From positions 6,510,001 to 6,574,000 of the forward strand of contig OZ024746.1 of NCBI GenBank assembly GCA_964016885.1: a stretch of 64,000 bases of DNA, given 5' to 3'. This document shows, in pieces, positions 1-13,083 of this stretch; the first letter of the stretch is position 1; each line of letters starts with the position of its first letter. Made by a program: the position numbers and the translations under genes. Origin of the DNA: Eledone cirrhosa (lineage: Eukaryota). Under the pieces are notes generated by a model that saw nothing but the letters and a program-made list of their open reading frames with translations, did not search any database and had not been told where the DNA came from.

Positions 1-375
1 TGGAGTCTACTGTAATCATCACCATCACCACTAACAACAATGACATCAATAGTAATAATAATAAAAGTGATGTTGATAGTGATGATTACTGAAGACGTTT
101 CATAAAAACCCTAGAAAATGTTATTTTCATAATTTCTAAAAAGAGCAAAACAATTGATGCTTTGGATAGGGTCAAATAGAAGTCGCTAGACATGCTCAAC
201 CAACCGTGACGCCTAAACCAATCAGCTTTAGTAATCCAGTGAAACTACACACCGATTGGTCGAAATACAGTTTGCAAAACTTAACATTCTGTAGCCCCTT
301 TTTACTGTATATAAGGTACAAAATTTACCCATCATTACAGTTGAAAATTGCAAACTTGACTGTCACCACAGAATA

Positions 376-414
376 TGAACCTGAAGATTGCGAAAGCATG
401 AAAGTACTTGTTCA
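376..414 (+). ncRNA. Type-I minimal hammerhead ribozyme motif
   Basis: TGAAC-CTGAAGA-TTGC GAAA GCAT-GAAA-GTAC-TT-GTTCA. Confidence 0.8.
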
Positions 415-552
415 ATTAACACTTAACATTTAATATTCTACCATACTATTCCATTATAATATCATTATAATTTTAAAGGATTGTAAATCAGACAAAGTTG
501 AAATTCCTCTTATTAATATAATCTTCTTTACACAATCATACACACCCGTGTA

Positions 553-675
<123 letters not shown>

Positions 676-872
676 ATACTTTGGGAGGGTCATGTTGCCA
701 TTAAGAAACACACGCACCAGTTGCTTTCACTTCAATTTATTATATATTTATAAATTTATAAATTTACAAATCTACAAATTTATAAATTTCTGGTTGGTTG
801 GTTGGTTCCACAACCAGATAGTTGTTTATATATAGTCATAGTCCTTTCGTCACACACTCTGTGACCTCTTCA

Positions 873-921
<49 letters not shown>

Positions 922-1036
922 ATAATTACATGCATACATTCATATATATATATATTTATACACACACACACATATGTGTATGTATATATATGTATGCATG
1001 TATGTATTATGTATATATATGTATGCATGTATGTAT

Positions 1037-1099
<63 letters not shown>

Positions 1100-1287
1100 A
1101 CAGGGATAAAGAGACGATTATTAGGAAGAAAAAATTTTTTTTTTTCCATTTTTTTTCTCTCTCTTTTTTCTGGGTTAGAAAATAATTAAAACGAAATGTT
1201 TTATTTTGTGTGAAGTGTTAAGGTATTAGTTGATTTTATTTATTATTTAACAATGGCATTTATCTATCTATATATATATATATATAT

Positions 1288-2055
1288 AATCTGGCAGGAA
1301 GGTATACGTTGCTGACGATAGCTACTAAGCTTGAAACTAGTACAGCGTTCCTTTGTTAGTGTTGAACAAACGAGCAACGATGGTTGCTGGACACTGCGGC
1401 TTATTACGGGATGTTTGTTTACAAACACACCGAACATTATAATAAATGTTCGGTGAATCCATACGTACATATATATATATATGTGTGCATGTATGTATAT
1501 ATATATACATACTACTGTACGTCTGTATACATATATGTATGTACGTGTACATACTTATATTTAAGTAACAGCCGTACTAAGAGTGGGAAATGAAATTTCG
1601 TTTCATTTTTTCCGTTTATCGTTTTCGGTGCACCCGGCCGATTAACCCACTCGATATGCAAATTGGGCTATTCAGCCGTTAATATGCATAAGGTAAGTAT
1701 ATACGTTCAACAATCTGGCAGGAAGGTGTACGTTGCTGACAATAGCTAATAAGCTTGAAACTAGTACAGCGTTCCTTTGTCAGTGTTGAACAAACGAGCA
1801 ACGATGGTTGCTGGACACTACGGCTTAATACGGGATGTTTGTTTACAAACACACCGAACATTATAATAAATGTTCGGTGAATCCATACGTACATATATAT
1901 ATATGTGTGTGCATGTATGTATATGTATATATACATACTACTGTACGTCTGTATACATATATATACATATATGTATACAGACGTACGTGTACATGCTTAT
2001 ATTTAAGTAACAGCCGTACTAAGAGTGGGAAATGAACTTTCGTTTCATTTTTTCC

Positions 2056-2059
<4 letters not shown>
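1288..2059 (+). repeat. Tandem ~1.8 copies of a 424-bp HHR-containing unit (retrozyme/pLTR-like)
   Basis: HHRs 424 nt apart; (TA)n on both flanks; same family as 24874-25858. Confidence 0.85.
1307..1347 (+). ncRNA. Type-I HHR; second tandem copy at 1731-1771 has a G8A change
   Basis: CGTTG-CTGACGA-TAGCT ACTA AGCTT-GAAA-CTAG-TA-CAGCG. Confidence 0.85.
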
Positions 2060-2099
<40 letters not shown>

Positions 2100-2279
2100 A
2101 AAATAAGGGAAAGATACGACTATGGTGATGAGAAGAGGAAACTGAATCACACTATTATACTTATAAATATATAATGGAACAATACATATTTCAATTATTG
2201 TGCAAATAAATAGAAAGCGAAGATACATCATACTGATATACAAGAGCAATGTCGCTTTAGTATACACAAGATATATATA

Positions 2280-2454
<175 letters not shown>

Positions 2455-2924
2455 GTCATATTTAAAATACTGATTTATGAATACATACATATATAGCTTA
2501 CTTTCCTTTTACCTTATATAAATATATAAACTGAATTGGTCTGTCCCAGTCATTCATTGAGCAACATCGGTGAAGTTGGCACCCTTAACTCACAGTTGGG
2601 TGCGGATGCATTCATGTATATATGTGTGTGTCCGCATGTATCTGTGTGTTTCTAAATATATTAATAACTCCCTCTGGTCGAGCAATCTTTGAAGTGTGGG
2701 GACAACTGGAAAGCTTCCATTACTCATACTTCTCGCCTTCTTCACTACCTCTTCTACGGCCTCGATATGAATACCCCCTCCGCCTCCGTGGTATTTTCTT
2801 CGTGGTTATAAGAGGCTTAGCTCTGTTTCTCGACCGTTATATCGCGTGACTATCTCCCCCTCCGCCTTTTGGGATTCTTTCTCACGTCGTGTAGAAGCGT
2901 TCTTGAGACTAGTAAAATGAGGTA

Positions 2925-3012
2925 TCCTCTTGATAAGTCGGCAGACCTCGCAAGGACTCTATATCTTCGATATATTGTTTTTGTTTATGCCACGAAACTA
3001 CGTAGTCGAGGA
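2925..3012 (+). ncRNA. Type-I HHR, U3-A8 core variant, long stem II
   Basis: TCCTC-TTGATAA-GTCGGCA...TGCCAC-GAAA-CTACGTAG-TC-GAGGA. Confidence 0.75.
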
Positions 3013-3203
3013 ATTTAGGAACAGTTTAGGTATGATACATTTTATTACTAATTATATCTAAATGTTTCTTCTCTCTTCATAATGTATATTTATATATATA
3101 TATATATATTTTTAGCAATTGGAAAGACCAACGGAAACATAGTTTCCTCGGTCCGATTTGACGAAAGTCGATCGACTAGAATAAAATATATATGTTTATA
3201 AAT

Positions 3204-3235
<32 letters not shown>

Positions 3236-3242
3236 TTATATA

Positions 3243-4620
3243 TATTGTTATACTTTGGGAGGGTCATGTTGCCAATAAGAAACACACGCACCAGTTGCTT
3301 TCACTTCAATTTATTATATATTTATAAATTCATAAATTTACAAATTTACAAATCTACAAACCTATAAATTTCTGGTTGGTTGGTTGGTTCCACAACCAGA
3401 TAGTTGTTTATATATATAGTCATAGTCCTTTCGTCACACACTCTGTGACCTCTTCAGTGACTGGGGATTCCTTTCTTCGTTTCTGTGCCTTTCCTTTCTT
3501 CTATCCTACGCCATTTTGTTTCTGTGTGTGTGTGTTGTGTGCTCAGTTTTCGCATGCGCCACATCCGGGTGTCTGTGTGTGTTTGTGTTCATTTTTTATT
3601 TTTCTATTTATATTTTTCTATTTGTTTATTTATTTATTTATTTATTGTTGGTTGGTTTTTTGTTCTATGTGTGTGTGTGTTTTCATTTTGTCCTGTGTGT
3701 GTTTTCATTTTGTGTGTGTTTTCAATTGTAAGTTGTTTGTTCTATGTGTGTGTGTGTTTTCATTTTGTCCTTAATTGTAAGTTGTGATGTTGCTGTTCCA
3801 CTCATATTTTCTATTTAATTTTGGTTTTAATTCTTTTATGCTTACTGCCTCTGTAATTTGCCTAAACATTGCGTCTTTTCTGTGTGTGGATTCTATTTTT
3901 ATGTCTATGCTCTCTAGTCTACCCCTGTGTTCTATCTTAGCATGTTGGTAGAGCACAGATGATTCTTTATTATCTTGGAGGTCTCGCCAGTGTTAATTTA
4001 TTCGTTCCCCTATACTACGAGCTGTCTCACCTATGTACACTATATTTTTGTTTCTACATTGTCCTTCAGTACATCTTATGCTATACACTACATTTCTAGT
4101 TTTACAGTTAATATGGGGGCTTATTTTACAGGTTATACATTTCTTATCTATACATGAGGGTCTTTGGAACGGGTATGTCTTGCTAATAAGTGTTTTTACG
4201 GAGGTACCAGGTCTATACCCGCAAAGACATACCCGTTCCAAAGACCCTCATGTATAGATAAGAAATGTATTCGGTGTGATCCGAAACAGCTGAGTTTCGG
4301 TGGATCAGGTATTTGGAAGTCATGGGTTTGGCATAATGGGAATGGAGGGTTTGTTGTTTGTTATTAATGGTTTCTAACCAGAGCTCTGTGTCTATACAGG
4401 TAATCGATTGTTGGGATGTTTGCTTGGGTAGTCTATAGTAACTTTAATACTCTGGTGGATGGAGTTAGCTATTTGCTGGATGCTTTCCATGGTGTTTTTC
4501 TCTAATTCCTGACTGTTCTCTTAATCCTAATTATGTACTCCACATACGTTGATGGTATAAACATCGTAGTAAAAACACCTCCACTAGAGAACAGTCAGGA
4601 ATTAGAGAAAAACACCATCG
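3243..4620 (-). mobile_element. Penelope-like element fragment (Cys linker + GIY-YIG) with HHR-bearing pseudo-LTR
   Basis: CIDKKCITC...NVVYSIRC...YIGETARSIGER; ORF end at 3771; HHR at 3418-3462; small internal inversions (4146-4190 vs 4220-4270; 4490-4522 vs 4587-4619). Confidence 0.85.
3418..3462 (-). ncRNA. Type-I HHR in Penelope pLTR (also 5632-5676 -, truncated 834-874 -, 18124-18168 -, 18259-18301 +)
   Basis: AGTCA-CTGAAGA-GGTCAC AGAGTGT GTGAC-GAAA-GGAC-TA-TGACT. Confidence 0.82.
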
Positions 4621-4776
4621 AAACAAGATAGAAAAGACTCATCAGTACTCCACCAACATTCTAAAATCATCTTTTAATCTTATATATTATTTATACTCCA
4701 GTCCTACAAACTGTAGAGTGCTACTTATCCGATATCTGCATTGCTTTATTGTACTACAATAAAACTCACCTCCTAC

Positions 4777-4815
<39 letters not shown>

Positions 4816-4866
4816 TGTATATATATATTATACATATACGGATATATACATACATATACATATATG

Positions 4867-4965
<99 letters not shown>

Positions 4966-5221
4966 AAGGCGGGTAAAATTCCCGAGATCCATGGACGAGT
5001 TCTCTCCAGCGGTCTCTGTCCCTCATTATCGCTGCCATATCCTGCATCTCCAACATATATATATATAGGAAAAGGTATGACCCCGACGGCAGAGCTCACT
5101 CCCCTATTGTTCTACAGGCAAGTTCTACCTCCCACCAAATGACATGATAGATTTATTTGTGTTTACAACAAATTTTAAACATTCCTCTTGACAACTACAA
5201 TCTTCCCATATAAGGAAGTAC

Positions 5222-5315
5222 CCCCTTGAAAAGTTCGGCTATTTATTCACCAGGCTAAAAATTATAATTTAGTCCAGAAATAGCTGTCGAAATGGCTTGA
5301 GCTCTGCCGTCGGGG
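5222..5315 (+). ncRNA. Type-I HHR, U3-A8 variant, long stem II
   Basis: CCCC-TTGAAAA-G..CGGCTATTT...AAATAGCTG.C-GAAA-TGGC..GCCG-TC-GGGG; 3' halves of this family at ~21239-21265, ~51266-51294 (-), ~58976-59002. Confidence 0.7.
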
Positions 5316-5833
5316 TCATACTTTTTCTTATTTCCCACTCTACTACCTTAAGTATTGAGTACTCTCGTGCGTTATGTTCCATTTGGTTCCTTACCACAAT
5401 TCCTTTGTTATATATATATATATACATATATATATACATATATATACATATAATAGTAATATTAATTATTGTTATACTTTGGGAGGGTCATGTTGCCAAT
5501 AAGAAACACACGCACCAGTTGCTTTCACTTCAATTTATTATATATTTATAAATTTATAAATTTACAAATCTACAAACTTATAAATTTCTGGTTGGTTGGT
5601 TGGTTCCACAACCAGATAGTTGTTTATATATAGTCATAGTCCTTTCGTCACACACTCTGTGACCTCTTCAGTGACTGGGGATTCCTTTCTTTGTTTCTGT
5701 GCCTTTCCTTTCTTCTGTCCTACGCCATTTTGTTTCTGTGTGTGTGTGTTGTGTGCTCAGTTTGCGCATGCGCCACATCCGGGTGTCTGTGTGTGTTTGT
5801 GTTCATTTATCTATTTGTTTATTTATTTACATG

Positions 5834-6022
5834 TTGTTTCTACTTTTAGCACAAGGCCACCAATTACCCCAGTATGTTACCGGTACTTTATTTTATCGAC
5901 CCCGTAAGGATGAAAGGCAAAGTTAACCTCGGCGGGATTTGAACTCAGACCATAAAGGGCCGTAACTCTTTGCTGCAAAGCATGGCGTCCGACCCTCTAC
6001 CGATACTGCCAATCCACCGCCC
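5834..6022 (-). mobile_element. tRNA-derived SINE family 1 (Nin/Deu-like core)
   Basis: ggcggtggattggcag...gagttcaaatccc B box...gcctttcatcct..gggtcgataaa core; TSD tagtaatatta. Confidence 0.85.
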
Positions 6023-6227
6023 TAGTAATATTACCATCCTTAGTAATATTAATGAGAGTAAATTTTACTAATTTAATGTATTTTGATGACAGCCGTAGTC
6101 TATGCTAACTGATAGTAACATGTTAAATATAATAATTTGCTATCTGTGGTAGATAACTGTGGAAAGAAAGAGTTGTCAGTGATTGAGTGACTTGAAGTTT
6201 TAATTTTTGTTGGCGAGCAAATTGTAG

Positions 6228-6390
<163 letters not shown>

Positions 6391-6458
6391 TATATAAATG
6401 TGGAAATTATAGATGAAACACCGTTAAAAGTTGCACGCAGGCTCATACATGCATGCAG

Positions 6459-6533
<75 letters not shown>

Positions 6534-6534
<1 letters not shown>

Positions 6535-7187
6535 CTGCCGTGGGCACGAAGGTGGCTGTGGAGGCTGATCCTTGACTTGAGGGGCCGGGGATAGTGGAGG
6601 AAGGGGAAGAGACCGGAGTCAGCTTGGCAACTCCCAGAGGTTACCTCCACCTGTTACCTCCGCCTCTCGGCCATCGTCGCAGGGCTTTGGGAGTGCACGC
6701 TAAAGAAGAAACCTGTGCAGGAAAGGTTTATAGTGGGAGGGCCAGTGCACACTGACGGTCCCACTCACTCGGCCGCAGAAGACAGAATCCGGTGGTACGG
6801 AGGACCGTCACGACCAGGGACATCCTTGGCTGCAATGGATGGCCACGACGTCTGTAGTGCCTTTCCCTGCCCTAGCGCTCCCCACCGCCTGCTGTCGCCG
6901 CCTTCGTGACCGTTGGGACGATGTTGTCCTCCTCCACTCACTCCGCCGGGTCCAGTCTTCGCATGCAGGGGCAGGCACCCCCTATCTAATTCACCGGGGT
7001 GTTTCAGACTTGTCCGGCTACCCTCTACCTGGTTCGGCCCGCCAGCCAAGGCGGTTTACCGGGGTGTGGCCGCTGTCGCATGCTACAGCTTCTTGGCTTC
7101 TTGAGGCCACGGGTGAAAGCTGAGTGCCAGGTGGGACCCAATGCAGGACGAGCTGTCCTGAAAAGAGCATGGCTAGCCCCCCCCCCC
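6534..7187 (-). mobile_element. Internally deleted, non-autonomous RTE-type LINE
   Basis: GC-rich 5'-UTR-like segment joined to KSRISLHSHLRAH (RTE C-terminal motif), then a (TG)n tail. The UTR assignment is from recalled similarity. Confidence 0.65.
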
Positions 7188-7329
7188 TGTTATTTTAATA
7201 AATATTTGCTCTACGGTTCTTATATATTTGATATATATTTATCCTTATCGAGCCCTCTTTGGATTTTAGTCTTCAAATTTATTATTATTACTATTATTAT
7301 CATTATTATTATTATTATTGTTGTTGTTA

Positions 7330-10300
7330 TTCCTTGAATCTCAGTCATTGATGTTGGTTAACTGGAAAGTCCGTTGGATTGAATATCAAGCCACTACCTG
7401 CAGCCTCAGATATTCAGGACGTATCGGAGGGTTCTTGCTGTTCCAAGCAAGCATGCCTTTTGAAGCGTTCCAAAAAGCGTGAAGGGGCCGATTTTCTTTA
7501 ACCATCCCTGGAAACTTTTGGAGATAGTCCCCAGTGCGCCTATGACAATCGGGATCACTTTGACTTCATGGCAGTTCCAAATCCTTTTCACCTCCCACTT
7601 TAGGTCCTGGTATCGGTTAATTTTCTCCCTCTCCTTCTCTTGCACTCTCGTGTCGAACGGGCAGGCCACATCCACAATCAGACACGTTCTTTTTTCTTTG
7701 TCCACAACCACCAGGTCAGGTCTATTGTGTTCCAGTTTTTTGTCCGTCTGTATCCTAAAATCCCACAGCACCTTCACCTGATTGTTCTCCATCACCGCCT
7801 CTGGCCTATGCTCATACCATTTCTCAGAATGTGGTAAATTGTTTACCTTGCACAGGTGCCAGTGGATCACCCTGCCCATCACATCGTGTCTCCAGCCCTT
7901 ATAGTGGGTCTGGGCTAGGTGTTTACACTCGGACACAATGTGAGCCACAGTCTCCTCTCTCTCTCCACAGATCCTGCACAGTAGGCTTGCCTCCTCCTTG
8001 TAGATATGGTGCTTCAACCACTTCGTTTTGAGGGCCTGCTCCTGCGCAGCCATTAGCATTCCTTCTGTAGCCTTTTTGAGGTCTCCTCTTCTCAACCAGT
8101 TCCATGTCTGTGGATCTCTAAATTCAGTTTTCTCAAAGAAGGTACTATGAAGGGATTTTCCCTTAAGGCTGCTCTTCCTCCTTGATGTTATTTCCTCCTT
8201 GGACATCCCCTGGCCTACTGTCCCCTCCTTCAGTACAGTTCTGAGCATTGGCTCCTTACTATAGGTCACGTATTTGTATAGGTTGTTTTTCTCCATCTGA
8301 ACACAGTCCTCTATGCTGATAAGACCTCTTCCACCCTCAGATCTCCTTAGGTAGAGTCTATCGACATCACTCCTCTTGTGGAACATGTTGTAGATAGTCA
8401 ATAGCTTCCTAGTCTTCCTATCCATTTCTTTTTGTTCAGCAACATTCCATCTCAGAATTCCCGCACTGTACCTAATAATAGACACAGCTCGGGAATTTAC
8501 TGCGCTTATGGCATTTCTGCTGTTCAGATGTGACTTCAATACGCTCCTTACTCTTCGAATGTATTCAGTTCTTAACAATTCCTTCATTTTTTTGTTCTTT
8601 ATGCCATCAGCCTCCAGAACGCCCAAATACTTGTATCCTTCCTCAGAGTCAATTTCCTTTATCATCTCACCTGTTGGTATCTGGATCCCGTTACTTCTGC
8701 TCAACCTACCCCTCTTCATCACAATGACTTCACATTTACCAATACCAAACTGCATACATATATCACTGCTGAAAATATGGACAGTGTCAACAAGCACATC
8801 CAACTCCTTCTCACTTTTCCCGAAGAGCTTAAGATCGTCCATGAAGAGGAGGTGATTGATGGTAAGCTCTCCCCTTCCCAACTTGTATCCTGCTCTCACT
8901 TTTCGCAGCATAATGGTCAAGGGCATCAGGGCAAGGACAAACAACAGAGGGGACAGGCTATCTCCCTGGAAGATACCTCTCTTGATCTTCACGCTTCCCA
9001 AGGATACTCCAGTTGATGTCAACTCTGTCTCCCAGGACCCCATACTCCTGCCTAGCAACTGTCTGATGTTATCTGCCACCCTGAAGATCTCCAGGCTTTT
9101 GGTGATCCAGGAATGAGGCACCATGTCAAATGCCTTTCTGTAGTCTATCCATCCCATGGCAAGATCAGTGTGTCTCCTCCTGCAATTCCCCATTACCATC
9201 TTATCAATAAGTAACTGGTCCTTTGTACCACGTGACTTCTTTCGGCATCCTTTCTGTTCGTCCGGTAACAAGTTGTTTGTGTGGAGGTGATGGTAGATTT
9301 CCTCAGACACAATGCTCGTCAACAGTTTCCACATTACGGACAGACATGTGATAGGTCTATAGTTGGTAACATCATTACCCTTGATTCGGTCTTTCATTAT
9401 CAGAACTGTGGTACCTTTTGTCAACCACTCTGGCACCTCACCCGACACCAAGCAGTCATTGAACATGGCCGTCAGCTTCGGGTGGAGGGATGTTAAATGT
9501 TTAATCCAATACCCCTGCACACCATCTGGGCCTGGTGATTTCCAGTTGGTTAGTTTTCTGGCCTGCCCCTTAAGAGTTTCAACTGTGATACTCAAATCAG
9601 TTTGTTGTTGTGCCTGCTCACCGATCTCCCTCTGTACTGTCTCAATCCACCCTGCCTGGGCATTGTGTCTAACATCCTGCTCCCATATTCCTCTCCAGAA
9701 TGTTTTAGTTTGCTCCGCCCCAGGGATCAAGTCGTTGCCTCTTTCTTTCCCCTCAAGCTGTCCAAACAGCATCTTCTGGTTGTTGTCGAACATGCGGTTC
9801 TGTTTATACTGACTGACTCTGTTCTCGTATCGCCTGATTTTTGCACTCTTTGCTACAATGCGTTGCTTCAGTTCCTCTATGATAATATTTAGCTTTTTCC
9901 TCCTAGTTTTGTATTTTATTTCCAGTCTATTTTTAGTGCCTATGTTTTTTAGTGTCCCATTCAGTAGTGACTCAAGCTTTCCTATGTCATTTCTCATTTC
10001 CCCGATTTGCCCACTCAGTCGCTTCTTCCACCACGGCTCTGCTCTTTCTTGTCTGTTGTTTCCTCTCGCTTTTATACCAAGTAGTTTCCTCACCGTATTT
10101 GCTGTTGCTTTGAGGATATTGTTGCACTGGTGAAGGCTCCTCGCCTCAAGGTATGGGATGACTTTGTTTACCTTAGCTGTTGTTTCTTTTAACTTTTTCC
10201 TGTCTACAAATCTTAGGTTCATAGGTCTCCCACTATCATTGTTCAATTCATCTACCACTAAATTTAGGATGTCAACCGAATCTTGTCCTAGCCCGTCAGC

Positions 10301-10536
10301 ATTCATCTCCTCAGTGGCCGTATCTCTGTTCCAGGTATTATTTATCTCAGTATTCAGATCATTGTCTGCTTCGGGTGGTTCCTCCGTTCTCAGGACCTCT
10401 TCACCTTCATTTCCCACTGGCTCGCATGTCTGGCATACTACACCCGCCATCTCCAAGCCATTCTCTCTGCTCAGTTCCTCCAGTTCCAGCTCGCTTATCC
10501 ATCCATTAGTTCTTATTACCCGAGCCTGCCCGGCCA

Positions 10537-10540
<4 letters not shown>
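7330..10540 (-). mobile_element. R4/Dong-clade non-LTR retrotransposon, 5'-truncated, in a (TAA)n tract
   Basis: Single RT + REL endonuclease ORF, short 3' UTR, (TTA)n on both flanks (7278-7320, 10538-10587). TAA targeting is established for Dong. Confidence 0.85.
7406..10537 (-). CDS. Reverse transcriptase with CCHC knuckle and PD-(D/E)xK endonuclease, 1043 aa
   Basis: KSPGPDG, NYRPITCL, DYRKAFD, GIFQGDSLSP, LFMDD, YKYLG, CRIC...HIVSEC, RHD, RPDLVV..D, K..RY; no stops. The start is the insertion junction, not a real Met. Confidence 0.93.
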
Positions 10541-10589
<49 letters not shown>

Positions 10590-10602
10590 TTTATATATAT
10601 AC

Positions 10603-10669
<67 letters not shown>

Positions 10670-10674
<5 letters not shown>

Positions 10675-11293
10675 AAAAAGGGATGAAATCGAAAATGCAA
10701 CTGAAGTCTTATTTTTTTTTTTAAATATATATATTTATTTGGTTCCTTTACCGGTTTCGCAGTTCTTCTGCTTTTCAAAAGGTGAGTTGAGATGGAGGGT
10801 CTGTGGTTTTTCTCACATCTGGTTGGTCTCTAAATGTTACTTGTTTTATATGGAAAAAGTGGCTCGAAAACCAGGTTTTTCGAGAAGTAATTTGATTGGT
10901 TTGTCAATAATTATAATAAATTTCGCGCCAGTTCGCGTTACAATAGTTCTTCAAATAAGAGAGGGGGGGTTGTCACAGGTTGTTTTTTCATATATGAGTG
11001 TTTGAATTTCTTTTTACTTGAAAAAATGAGGCTCACGAAGGCTTTTTTTTTGGTTGGTTATAAATGAAATTTGGCTGTCACGTGAACAAGTTTTCATTAC
11101 ATTTTTGCGCCCTTATTTGGAAAACTATTCTGTAGTCTTTATAGTGAATGTTATGACAATGGAGAGATAGTGGTCAAGGGAAAAGGGATTGGGAGAAATG
11201 TTCTGGTTCAGTGAATATGGCCAGCTGTCAGAGTTCAGGTGTCAAAGTTCAGATTTTCTATTGAGACTGAAGATATGTGTTTATTTGTGTGCT

Positions 11294-11324
<31 letters not shown>

Positions 11325-12440
11325 ATGTGTGTATTGGAAGATGATTCTATTAGTAGAGATGGGGGAGGGAGTTGTGTGTGTGTGTGTGTATATGGGTGTT
11401 ATGTGTGTGTGTGCGAGTATGTTAGATAGAGAGAATATATATTTTTTGTGTGTGTGTATATATATATGTGTGTAGGAAAGTGGTTCTATTAGTAGAAATG
11501 GGGAGGGTGTTGTAGGTGTGGGGGTTTTTATGTGTGTGTATGGGTGTTATGTGTGTGGGAGTATGGTTAGCATGTTAAGATGAAGAGAATATATATATAT
11601 ATATATATATTGTGTGTGTGTATGTGTGTGTGTAGGAAAATGATTCCTTTAGTAGGAATATTTTTGAATGAACATATTTTCCTGACTTTTTCGTGTTTGC
11701 TGTTGTATTGCCAGTGCAAACGTATGTTTAAGGTTTATTTAGTTCGGGTTTTTATTTTCTAAAGTAGGTGTTATGTGTGTGTGTGTATGTCATATTGTGG
11801 TGTTGACATAATGTATATTAAACCTTATTTAATGTTGGTCTATATTTTTGAATAAACATATTTTCCTTATTTATTCGCATTTGTTCTGTTGTATTGTTAG
11901 CGCAAAGGTAAAATGGGAAGACTTGGAATTTGGGTGTCTTATTACTTGCGCAAATGTCTAGATGTGCACTTAGTGGTATTTGTCTCGTGGTTGGATCTCG
12001 TAATTGTTGGCGATGAACTGTCATTCTGTTTCTGAGTGTGAGTTTAGTTTGTCCTATATAATCTTCATTGCATCCTTTACATTTAATGGCATAAATTAGA
12101 TTTTTTGATGAGCAAGTGAAGTGATTTTTTACAGTAAAATTTTGTTCTGATTTAAATGTATACGTGTTGCCTTCAATGAGGTGAGTGCAGGTTCCACAAT
12201 TAGAGCGACCACATTTTTTGATACTTGGTTGTGGGTTTGTGGTAGGTAATTTGGCATTGGTGAGTAATGTTTTCAGTGATTTTGGTTGTCTTTTTGCTTT
12301 TGATTATTTTGTGTGTTTCAAGGGCTTTTTTCATTCTTGGGTTTTGTTTTAGTAGTGGGATGTTATTGTGAATAGTGTTGTAAGCTTCCGCATTTCTTGG
12401 GTTGTGTGTTGAGATATATGATAGAATATTGGACGTACTA
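10670..12440 (-). mobile_element. Penelope-like (Neptune-type) 3' fragment with GIY-YIG and HHR-bearing tail
   Basis: CGRSNCGTC...NLIYAIKC...YIGQT...RMTVHRQQ (frameshifted); tail ends with HHR 10745-10782, AATAAA and (TA)n. Confidence 0.85.
10745..10782 (-). ncRNA. Type-I HHR, U3-A8 variant (also 13142-13177 +, 17720-17755 +, mutated 17603-17639 -)
   Basis: CCTT-TTGAAAA-GCAG AAGAA CTGC-GAAA-CCGG-TA-AAGG. Confidence 0.8.
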
Positions 12441-12507
12441 TATATATATATATATATATATATTTTTATATATATATACACAGTATATGTACATTATATA
12501 TATACAG

Positions 12508-12575
<68 letters not shown>

Positions 12576-12586
12576 AGTGTGTGTGT

Positions 12587-12628
<42 letters not shown>

Positions 12629-12833
12629 CTACAATTTGCTCGCCAACAAAAATTAAAACTTCAAGTCACTCAATCACTGACAACTCTTTCTTTCCACAGT
12701 TATCTACCACAGATAGCAAATTATTATATTTAACATGTTACTATCAGTTAGCATAGACTACGGCTGTCATCAAAATACATTAAATTAGTAAAATTTACTC
12801 TCATTAATATTACTAAGGATGGTAATATTACTA

Positions 12834-13025
12834 GGGCGGTGGATTGGCAGTATCGGTAGAGGGTCGGACGCCATGCTTTGCAGCAAAGAGTTACGGCCCT
12901 TTATGGTCTGAGTTCAAATCCCGTCGCGGTTACCTTTGCCTTTCATCCTTACGGGCTCCGATAAAATAAAATACTAGTAATATACCGGGGTAATTGGTGG
13001 CCTTGTGCCAAAAGTGGAAACAATT
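12834..13025 (+). mobile_element. SINE family 1 copy
   Basis: Same consensus; part of the inverted duplication. Confidence 0.85.
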
Positions 13026-13033
13026 AATATTAC

Positions 13034-13083
<50 letters not shown>

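Noticed and set aside
206-433. 75-aa ORF or possible terminal exon near 330-385
   Set aside because: No recognisable protein signal; the region is better explained by the hammerhead at 376-414.
3148-3186. HHR 3' half GAAA-GTCGATCGAC-TA
   Set aside because: The CUGANGA half is missing; at most a truncated remnant.
7479-10724. Plus-strand ORFs over the LINE
   Set aside because: Antisense shadows of the RT ORF.
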